Origin: an uncultured bacterium
Lineage (GTDB): Bacteria > Patescibacteriota > Saccharimonadia > Saccharimonadales > 2-12-FULL-41-12
DNA: 64,000 bases
Direction of reading: 5' to 3'
NCBI GenBank assembly: GCA_963834265.1
Contig: CAWIAU010000001.1
Coordinates: 469,523 to 533,522, forward strand
Below are positions 17,941 through 25,355 of the stretch, one piece after another; position 1 is the stretch's first letter, and every line of letters begins with the position of its first letter. The position numbers and the translations under genes are program-made. The notes below the pieces were generated by a model that saw nothing but the letters and a program-made list of their open reading frames with translations, was not told the origin of the DNA and did not search any database.

Positions 17941-18533
17941 TTGCTCCTTTCAACTGACGGAGCTTGGCAACATACCTATCATCGCCACTATCGGGTTCAA
18001 CCTTGCTGTATTCATCGAACCAGAGCTTATGGCGAAAGTCTATCTCGTCCTGTGTGCCATCTTGCCAGTTTCCAAGCATCTTACGACCTCGCTTTGTATG
18101 AAAATCTAAGCTGAACTCGGGGATTTGCAGCAACTTACCACCAGTGTGTTCGGTGCGTATCAGGTTTACTAAGCTATCGGCTTCACGGGTCTTAATCGCC
18201 CTGCACAGGTAAATGATTGCCTGAAACAGGAACACCAGAGCATCGTTTTTCTTTCGATTTATGCCTGTGATTGCAATCTGGTAGTTACTCAGTAGAGAGC
18301 TAACCAGTATTGCGGCATCTGGCGTTGCATTGCCTATGTCCTCACTTGCGATTATTAGCACCCGTTTCCATACGTATTTGTGATAGCCGCTTTCGTGAAT
18401 TATAAGATGCCCAGTAACAGGCTTCGTACTCTAGATTACGTCTGATACATTTCTGCAAGGCACTCGCTACTTCGTCGAACGTATAGTCGTTAATTAGTTT
18501 AATTTCATAGGGTTTTGATGATGCTGTTGCCAT
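17930..18533 (-). pseudogene. Fragment corresponding to the C-terminal (MgsA_C) domain of a RarA/MgsA recombination ATPase. It is split over two frames and lacks the AAA+ domain
   Basis: DEVASALQKCIRRNLEYEACYWA (compare SALHKSIRGSDPDAALYW) in 18342-18533, and LIIASEDIGNATPDAA...ALVFLFQAIIYLCRAIKT (compare RRLVIIASEDIGLADP...LAQAVIYLA.APKSN) in 17930-18361. Confidence 0.6.
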
Positions 18534-18794
18534 TTACTTGTCTCCTTTGGCTCAAGCTCATCTTCGCAGGTAAAAACAGGGGTGACAACCGCTATTTTTG
18601 TGAAGTTTTGTGAATATTAAGGTACTGGCTGTTCGGGAGCTTTTGATTGCTGACTTTGCTCTTGTTGCTTCTGACGTTCATAACGCATAATCGTCAGTTT
18701 CTCCATAGACTTGACAGCTTTATCCAGTTGCTCACGTTCTTCATCTGACAATGGCTTTGTCTCGTCTTCTATTACGTGAGTAAAAGCTTTCGGT

Positions 18795-19112
18795 TCAGCC
18801 CAGCCATATATAACTTGAAACAGTAGCTTCTGAGCGACCAAACGAGCCTTTAAGGGCAGAATTGACCACCGCCATTGTGATAACGTCAGTGTGAACTGCC
18901 AATCTGGCACGGTCTCGCTCAAACAGCTTTTCAAAGTCCATCTCTTGGAAATGTTTATTTACTGTCTCACGGCTAATACCAGTGAGCTTGGCAATCTCGT
19001 CTTGAGTTGGGGACTTTTGAGAAGTCTTATAGTGCGTCAGGATTGCGTTACTAATCCTGCGGTGGTTATCTTCCCAGTCGAGCCTTTTGTCTTTTGGAGA
19101 GTTTTGAGACAT
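18795..19112 (-). CDS. Helix-turn-helix DNA-binding regulator (about 106 aa from the internal Met at 19112). It is possibly fused by a frameshift to the overlapping downstream ORF 18617-18934. It is divergently transcribed from the cargo operon
   Basis: SPTQDEIAKLTGISRETVNKHFQEM is a typical HTH; AAAGGG RBS upstream of the 19112 start; a 140-nt two-frame overlap with 18617-18934 suggests a frameshift. Confidence 0.55.
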   Translation of the reverse strand: MSQNSPKDKRLDWEDNHRRISNAILTHYKTSQKSPTQDEIAKLTGISRETVNKHFQEMDFEKLFERDRARLAVHTDVITMAVVNSALKGSFGRSEATVSSYIWLG

Positions 19113-19229
19113 CAACAACCCTTTAGTTAATTGGTATTGTCTTGTCTCCGTTAGATATATTTTACCATAACCACATCTGTTAATATACCTATTTGTTATA
19201 GTTTCAGCACCAGTTAAGAGGAGTAGGAT

Positions 19230-19430
19230 ATGGACATAAAACCTGCTGATATTGCAGATATGCAAAAGCTATATAAAAAACACTTCGGCATTGAGTTAGA
19301 CTACGATACTGCCTACCGTAAACTAACGATGCTCGTGCGACAAATGGAGTTAGTCTATCAACCAATAACCAAAAAACAAGCTGATGCAATTCACGGTAGT
19401 GATGAGGAAGCAAAAAAGCATAAGGATTAA
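19230..19430 (+). CDS. Small hypothetical protein (66 aa), first gene of the cargo operon
   Basis: Strong RBS GAGGAGTAGGAT before the ATG; no recognisable motif. Confidence 0.5.
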   Translation: MDIKPADIADMQKLYKKHFGIELDYDTAYRKLTMLVRQMELVYQPITKKQADAIHGSDEEAKKHKD

Positions 19431-19458
19431 CAGGGGTAGAAATGATATAATAAGGAGT

Positions 19459-19924
19459 ATGAACTTTGAATTACTAGGCTGGTTGGTAGCGGCGGGAACA
19501 CTGGCTTTTACCGTTTATACCCATTTCGATAAGAAAAAGAGCCAAAAGGTTAAATTAAAAGTCACGTTTCAGAATGGAATGCTGACATTTCACGGTGGCG
19601 AGCTGAGCGAGGCGATGTTGTTTATCAAAAGCTGCGAACATTGGAAATAAAGCAGTTACTATCAATACACCCCATATAAATGTAAAACACAACGACGGCG
19701 GTTCACTATTTACCGAGTTCGGTTCGTACCAACGATTACCGTACGTACTCGAGCCAGGAGACAGTGTGGTTGCGTGGCACGAGATAAAGCCAATTGCCCA
19801 AGCTCTAAAAGGGCACGGGCTAACGGGCAAGATTAAATTAGAAGGCTATTTTACTAGCCAAGTCGGTGATGAGTATAAAGCTAAAGCCTACACCCTGGAC
19901 GTAGACGACTGGTCTAAGGATTAA
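19459..19924 (+). pseudogene. Frameshifted gene. The N-terminal part (19459-19650, 63 aa, one TM helix, AAGGAG RBS) continues in the +1 frame (about 19607-19924, no in-frame ATG) as a beta-rich domain. The shift is probably within the A4 homopolymer near 19627-19630 (assembly error, programmed +1 frameshift, or decay)
   Basis: The second frame is open from 19607 to a TAA at 19922-19924 and encodes about 105 aa (...GSLFTEFGSYQRLPYVLEPGDSVVAWHEIKPIAQALKGHGLTGKIKLEGYF...) with no ATG, GTG or TTG start before residue 50; it ends 4 nt before the next ATG. Confidence 0.5.
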
Positions 19925-19928
19925 CACT

Positions 19929-21176
19929 ATGCCGATTGTCGGTGGCCAAATGTATGCAGAAGCCAGAGAGCAATTACGCAACTTCAACGAGCTGAATGTA
20001 CTTATACTTGGTTCAAGCACGAGAGAGATTGTAGCATTTCTGGAACAACTCAGCACGATGCACGTATACATCAATCAAACTCTGGGAACTAATGTAGGCA
20101 TAAAAGTTCACTGCACTGGTGCTTTTGATAGCAGAATTGCCCAACACTTTGGCTTAACGGTCCGTTCGCTGTCCGATATAAACGAGACTTCAACAAAAGA
20201 GCTTGTTCAAGCTGCCGACATTGACGTTATCTTCGACCAAGACAATGTATTGAGCAAACGGTACGCCCAGGATAATTTCTATGCCTTTCAGACTGTGAAT
20301 AGACTGACCGAGCTAGTTGCTTCCTGTGAAGACTTCTTAGTAGGAAATGACATCGCTTGGCTCTTTTCAAACATTACGTGGAACTTGCCCCTATTTATGC
20401 GTTACTTTGACCGCCCTGGGTTGTGTAGGGACTATTTTATGTTTATGGGCGAATGTACGGGCACTCACGGTTATACTAGCGACCAACAAGATAAAGTCAG
20501 GTACATCGCTAACCGCCTCGGGCAAATCGAGTATTCAAAAGACATCATACAGTCCTATATCAAGCGTATGCGTAAGGCAAAGCGTAATGGTTACTCGGAG
20601 CAAGATTTTGGTCTAGAGCTGAACTATCATCTTGGAAACTACTACTTCCTGATTGCTGGAGTTCTGGATAGTATGGCAAGGCTGTTGAATAACGTCTTGA
20701 AACTAGAACTAAACCGTCACCAGCTAGCACTTGAAAAAGAGGATTTTATTAACGCCAACAGGCGTAAAAGAACTGGCCTCGTCCGCATACTCACCAAAAG
20801 AGAGTTCACAGATTGGCAAAGCTTTTTAAAAGAACGCCGACACTTTATAGCCCACGAAGGTGATATGAGACAAAGCCCCCTCGTCGAGCAAAACGATGTA
20901 CTGCTAACTAACGACGAGGTAGAGAGACTGGTTGATGCCCAGAGCGACTGGACATATATGGCAACATTCACCACACGAGAAGTTATCCAAGCATTACGAG
21001 CTCAATCGGCTCAGATGGTTCGTATACAGCACGATTACAAAACAGTTGCTGAGTACGCAATGATAGTACCGAACGCCAACGGTACTAAGATATTCCAGCC
21101 CTTGAGGAGTATTGAGTATGACTATGACCAACTTGCTGACGTAATGACTAAGTTCCTGGCTAGATTAAAGGGCTGA
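19929..21176 (+). CDS. Hypothetical 415-aa cargo protein with a Rossmann-like N-terminal domain and a C-terminal R-x4-H (HEPN-like) motif (KERRHFIAHEG); candidate RNase or abortive-infection effector (hypothesis)
   Basis: Alternating beta-alpha pattern NVLILGSST...MHVYINQ...GIKVHCTGAF...DIDVIFDQD in the first roughly 120 aa; RRHFIAH motif at about residue 305; located on the integrated element as the last gene of an operon. Confidence 0.55.
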   Translation: MPIVGGQMYAEAREQLRNFNELNVLILGSSTREIVAFLEQLSTMHVYINQTLGTNVGIKVHCTGAFDSRIAQHFGLTVRSLSDINETSTKELVQAADIDVIFDQDNVLSKRYAQDNFYAFQTVNRLTELVASCEDFLVGNDIAWLFSNITWNLPLFMRYFDRPGLCRDYFMFMGECTGTHGYTSDQQDKVRYIANRLGQIEYSKDIIQSYIKRMRKAKRNGYSEQDFGLELNYHLGNYYFLIAGVLDSMARLLNNVLKLELNRHQLALEKEDFINANRRKRTGLVRILTKREFTDWQSFLKERRHFIAHEGDMRQSPLVEQNDVLLTNDEVERLVDAQSDWTYMATFTTREVIQALRAQSAQMVRIQHDYKTVAEYAMIVPNANGTKIFQPLRSIEYDYDQLADVMTKFLARLKG

Positions 21177-21365
21177 TTGATAGGTTCCATTCTATACCTG
21201 CACTAATGCACGTACTTTCTTCACTGATGTCGTATCTAGCACGTCGTGCCAGGAGACTAGTTCCTTCTTGAGTAGGTTCCAATTCTTTATCTCGTAGTTC
21301 ACCAGGAAAATGGACCGCGTTTTTTGTGGTCTGTTTTCATGTTAATTGTTGATAGAGAATCGAAC

Positions 21366-21388
21366 GGGAATGTTCGGTGAACATTCCC
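21366..21388. repeat. Perfect 10-bp inverted repeat with a 3-nt spacer (gggaatgttc ggt gaacattccc), about 60 bp inside the attR-like end of the element
   Basis: Seen directly; nested with cgaac...gttcg. Confidence 0.7.
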
Positions 21389-21444
21389 CGCCCGCCGCTC
21401 CAAAGGAGTTGCCTTAGCAAAAGTAATTTTCTTTTGCGGCAAGG

Positions 21445-21464
21445 TCGATTCCCCCGGATCACCA
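21445..21464 (+). repeat. Imperfect direct repeat of the tRNA-Glu 3' end (attR-like remnant)
   Basis: tcgattcccccggatcacca versus tRNA 14138-14158 tcgattcccctcgggatcacca (20 of 22). Confidence 0.7.
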
Positions 21465-21465
21465 A

Positions 21466-22191
21466 TTATTTGCTTTGCAAAGTTTTGTTAAACCACTTTA
21501 GGATAGTATTTTGCAGGGTTTCTTTCCACCTGGGCTCAGTCAGGGTGTGCGGAGCCCCCTCGATCACATATAGCTGCTTCTTGTCCGCTTGCATGGCGGC
21601 GTTTATGTAGGCTTTGGGGATAGATAACGGAATGAGCGCGTCATTTTCTGAGGCCACCACTAGTAAGCTACCGTTGAAATTACGGATAGCATTGCCGGCA
21701 GGTGTAGCTTCTAAATCTCCTATCTGATGAAATTGTCTATTTTCATTAACCATCGTTTCTGCCATGCTAAGCCGCATCATTTCGGCAGTGTAAGCCGCAG
21801 GGGCACGAAACACAATGCTCCGTATAAGTCGTTTGTCAGATACCATAGCTGCGAGGATTGCTCCAACACTTGACCCGACAAGACCTATGCTGGTGGCATC
21901 TACTTCGGGTTGGCTGACTAGAAAATCGTATGCGGCTAAAGCATCGCTAATGGCTTCTGCAACCGTAGACCTTTCAAAGTCTCCTTCGCTTTCGCCATGG
22001 CCACGCATACTGATAGCAAGCCCTGCAATTCCCTGCTCTGCTAAACTTTGAGTTAGAGTTATATAGCTGTTCTCGGAACTCGTCATTCCATGAAAAATAA
22101 TTACACCCGGACAAGGTTTTTTGACCGCTGGCGGTATAGCAAGGGTGCCATGAATTGTCAGGCTATCACTCAAAAATGTTACTTCCTGCAT
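21466..22191 (-). CDS. Alpha/beta hydrolase (dienelactone hydrolase or S9-like serine hydrolase fold)
   Basis: Nucleophile elbow LVGSSVGA (GxSxG) and the motif GHGESEG; 241 aa. Confidence 0.75.
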   Translation of the reverse strand: MQEVTFLSDSLTIHGTLAIPPAVKKPCPGVIIFHGMTSSENSYITLTQSLAEQGIAGLAISMRGHGESEGDFERSTVAEAISDALAAYDFLVSQPEVDATSIGLVGSSVGAILAAMVSDKRLIRSIVFRAPAAYTAEMMRLSMAETMVNENRQFHQIGDLEATPAGNAIRNFNGSLLVVASENDALIPLSIPKAYINAAMQADKKQLYVIEGAPHTLTEPRWKETLQNTILKWFNKTLQSK

Positions 22192-22262
22192 TGTCCCAGT
22201 ATACTAAAGAAAGCTTCACTAGTGCTTGAGGAGTAATTAGCGAAGCTGCCTTCCTTTTAATT

Positions 22263-23552
22263 CTAGACACGGTTCAGAAGAAGTTCAAAATATTTGCTGC
22301 CACCGAAAGCGGGGATTTTCTGACGCACAATCCCCTTGCCTTCCAGTGAATTGAGCGAATGGACCATGAACAGATCGTAGCGTTCATTTATCTCATCAAC
22401 TGCTTCGGTCAGCCATTCCTGCTTGTTTTCTGTATCGAACAGGCTGGCCTGAGCCCTGCGCGTTGGCGTAATCTGATAGCAGGTCACTCCTATGGTAGTT
22501 ACTTTAGCTTTAGGACGCTGGTTGAATAGATACAGAGCTCTTTCATAAACTTCGCGGTCGGTATAAAAACTGGTTTTGTGCATTTTGCGAACCTGCCAGT
22601 ACTCATTGCCTTCCAGGACCAGCCAGACTAACATGCCGCGGGCATCCACACCTTGGTAGCGCAACTTCCGGCCAACAGTTTCACACAGGTATTGGAACCG
22701 GGGCAGGATTACCGAACTGTCATCGGTTCGCTGGTCCATTACGTATTGCCGGCCGACATGACCTAGTTTGGTTATATTATCGTCCGTTTCCCAGCCGCGC
22801 AGTCGCTGGTACCAGTCATCGCCGATCACGCTATGAAATACTTGCCGCCGTAGAGTATCCGAGCTAGCGCTAAGGAATTCCAGCGGGGTGAAGATACCGG
22901 CGGCGTTCAGCCGAGCTTCATAGTGTCGGGCGATACCGCTGATATCCGTAAGTTGCATTGAGGCATAAACATCATTCAGATTCTTATGATCTATAACGTC
23001 CAGGCCGTCCGGCTTATGCAGGCCGGCGGCGGTTTTGGCCAGGAATCTGTTGGGACCGATACCGATATTGACCCGCATCCACTTACCTATCTCACTTTTC
23101 AGACGCTGTTTGATCTCAATGCCGATATCCGGAAGAGGCCGCTTGTTGAGAGTGGAGCGGGTACTGTGAAAGTCGATTATGCCCTCGTCTATACTCTTCA
23201 TTTTGACATCCGGCGAATAGCTCTTCATGATCGCACACAATTTTTGATATACATGGTGGTACTTTGGCGGATCAGACTCCAGCATCATAAAATTCGGGAT
23301 AATCATGCGTGCCTCAATCAGTCCCATCCCCACTTTTATGCCCAGGGCCTTTGCTTCGTATGACGCGGCAATTACACAGCAGTTTCTGGACAGGCGGTTA
23401 GTCACGCCTATTGGCCGGCCACGAAGGCTCGTTCTGGCTTGTTGTTCAATGGTGGCAAAAGCAGAGTTCAGGTCAATATGCATGATAAGTGGCTCTTCCT
23501 GGTTGAATCCGAGTTCTCCCCACCTTGCCTGCGCGGCAATATAGCTTTTCAT
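22263..23552 (-). CDS. Y-family DNA polymerase (DinB/UmuC-like translesion polymerase)
   Basis: IMHIDLNSAFATIE (compare IIHVDMDCFFAAVE), ...SIDEGIIDF..., ...IGIGPNRFLAKTAAGLHKPDG (compare KFLAKIASDMNKPNG). Confidence 0.88.
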   Translation of the reverse strand: MKSYIAAQARWGELGFNQEEPLIMHIDLNSAFATIEQQARTSLRGRPIGVTNRLSRNCCVIAASYEAKALGIKVGMGLIEARMIIPNFMMLESDPPKYHHVYQKLCAIMKSYSPDVKMKSIDEGIIDFHSTRSTLNKRPLPDIGIEIKQRLKSEIGKWMRVNIGIGPNRFLAKTAAGLHKPDGLDVIDHKNLNDVYASMQLTDISGIARHYEARLNAAGIFTPLEFLSASSDTLRRQVFHSVIGDDWYQRLRGWETDDNITKLGHVGRQYVMDQRTDDSSVILPRFQYLCETVGRKLRYQGVDARGMLVWLVLEGNEYWQVRKMHKTSFYTDREVYERALYLFNQRPKAKVTTIGVTCYQITPTRRAQASLFDTENKQEWLTEAVDEINERYDLFMVHSLNSLEGKGIVRQKIPAFGGSKYFELLLNRV

Positions 23553-23815
23553 TTTGCTACTCCTTCCAGTATGGCTACCAGGGTCCAGGTAAGCATTTCG
23601 GCATCGAACTCCAGCCGGTAATCATTGGTTCCGTCGCTCATATCGAACACATGGATCATGCGTTGACCTTTTCTGGTGGGATGACGCAGTCCCAGCTCGC
23701 TGAAAGTTATTTCTTCGCCCCGATATTTCATCCTGGCGGGTACGACGAGATGCGTCGGATTACCCTGAGAATGGAAAACTGTAATTACTTCTACTCTTTG
23801 ATTAACTTCATACAT
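23549..23815 (-). CDS. Small hypothetical protein (88 aa) translationally coupled (ATGA overlap) upstream of the Y-family polymerase; possible polymerase accessory factor
   Basis: 4-nt overlap of stop and start; no S24 peptidase (UmuD) motifs. Confidence 0.45.
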   Translation of the reverse strand: MYEVNQRVEVITVFHSQGNPTHLVVPARMKYRGEEITFSELGLRHPTRKGQRMIHVFDMSDGTNDYRLEFDAEMLTWTLVAILEGVAK

Positions 23816-24037
23816 ATCTAAACAACCCCGGTTATACAGTAAATGGAACGGAATTTGGTTGTATGGTTGCCTGATAGGTCTTTGCGGCCGTCCAGCCCGC
23901 TAGTTGCCGTGACAGGAAACTAAGTGTTGTTCAGATAAGGATTCGCAGGGACGCTTTTAGCGTGAAGCTATAGTGTGTATGCTACCTGTTCTTATTATAA
24001 AGGATCGGTCAATAGGAGAATATGCCCGGCGGTTGAG

Positions 24038-25315
24038 TTAGGGGGTGAAGGCGATGCGGCCGGGGTCGGCTACTATGGAGAACCATGTTTGGCCGGGGTT
24101 AAGGGCCAGCTTTTGTCCGGCTTCATCTATGAATTCAAACTGGTCTTTGGGACCGGCTTTTTTCCATGTTCCCTTTTGCAACTGCCCGTCCTGAAAAACA
24201 TACATCATTCCGGCTCCGGTTGTCTGATATACCGAATATACACCGTTCTGCGAGAATCCCATGACAAGTGCTACGACAACCTTTGGTTCTATTATGGCAC
24301 CACTGTGCTGGTCTGTATGTGGCCTGCCACCTAAGCTTCGGTGATAGGAGTTTGTAGCCGGAATGTAATCGTAGTGCGGGTTATATAAAAAGCTTGAAAT
24401 ATTGAAATCAATACTTTTGGCTGTGACCGGCTGGCCCGGTTTCTCGGCTTTGCGCAGGTAGCTGGTGAATGTACTGGTCGTAAAACCGCGGGCCCGGGAG
24501 ACTTCATCCAGTGCAGCCATATTAGTATAGAGATTGTGGGGCGCATAGCGGTCGCTTGCCCGCCGGAACGCCTGAGCGTTGGCGCCATGGTCAATATCTT
24601 TAACTCCCAGACTTTTAATCTTTGCCAGCCCTTCGCCGCTGCCGCCGGCATGCACCACGGACGCATCAAATGGCAGGAAGAAGTCGATATAATACGGCCG
24701 TATTGAGCGGACCGGACCGATATTTCCCGGCTGGTTCTCCTGATACATAGCGTTGAAGCGGGTAATCCCTCCCTCGGCAATAGCTTCAAATACGACTCCT
24801 GCTTCGCGGAGACCTGCTTGCGGGCGGGCATCAGGGCTGTTTTCTATCTGAACTGATGTAACGGGTCGTGCATTAAGCTCTACAGGTACGACCGCCCCCG
24901 TCAAACGGGAGGGTTCAGTAGTAGGCTTGGGGGGCGGATCAGCTGTTTTGGGCTGTAAGGCGGGCGCATTTGTAACCTGCGACGGCTTCTTCTGCAATAG
25001 AGCATAAGTTATACCGCTTCCACCCAGAATTACTACGGCGACCAGCAGGCCGGCTATAATACGTCCTTTTTTACTCTCAGGCCATATTTTTTGCACAAAA
25101 CTTTTGTATCGTTGCCATAAAGATTGTTTGCTATTCGAATTATCAGGAAAAATATCACCGACGTTAATGCTACCCGAATCATTACTTACCACAGATTCTT
25201 CCTGCTCTGCTACAACATCGGGCGGTACAAACGGCGGTTCCTCAGAATCAGAATCCGTATTTTTGAACGAATTTTTGTTCCCGGGCCCATTCGCAGGGCG
25301 GATGTCATCAAGCAT
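24038..25315 (-). CDS. Membrane-anchored secreted protein, DUF3048-like (YerB family), with an N-terminal cytoplasmic segment and a TM helix
   Basis: TM IIAGLLVAVVILGGSGITYALL; C-terminal domain with ...REAGVVFEAIAEGGITRFNAMY..., resembling DUF3048 as far as memory allows. Confidence 0.5.
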   Translation of the reverse strand: MLDDIRPANGPGNKNSFKNTDSDSEEPPFVPPDVVAEQEESVVSNDSGSINVGDIFPDNSNSKQSLWQRYKSFVQKIWPESKKGRIIAGLLVAVVILGGSGITYALLQKKPSQVTNAPALQPKTADPPPKPTTEPSRLTGAVVPVELNARPVTSVQIENSPDARPQAGLREAGVVFEAIAEGGITRFNAMYQENQPGNIGPVRSIRPYYIDFFLPFDASVVHAGGSGEGLAKIKSLGVKDIDHGANAQAFRRASDRYAPHNLYTNMAALDEVSRARGFTTSTFTSYLRKAEKPGQPVTAKSIDFNISSFLYNPHYDYIPATNSYHRSLGGRPHTDQHSGAIIEPKVVVALVMGFSQNGVYSVYQTTGAGMMYVFQDGQLQKGTWKKAGPKDQFEFIDEAGQKLALNPGQTWFSIVADPGRIAFTP

Positions 25316-25355
25316 ATCGGTCTATTGTATCAAAGCTTACGTTTATGTGACAAAT

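Larger units (their letters stand above)
14084..21464. mobile_element. Integrated (probably decaying) genomic island or integrative element inserted at the 3' end of tRNA-Glu. It carries an intact large serine recombinase, a frameshifted tyrosine recombinase, fragmentary MTase and RarA genes, an HTH regulator and a cargo operon. It is bounded by tRNA-Glu (attL side) and a 20/22-nt imperfect copy of the tRNA 3' end at 21445-21464 (attR side)
   Basis: Direct repeat tcgattcccctcgggatcacca (14138-14158) versus tcgattcccccggatcacca (21445-21464); the recombinase gene abuts and overlaps the tRNA; cluster of pseudogenes. Confidence 0.7.
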
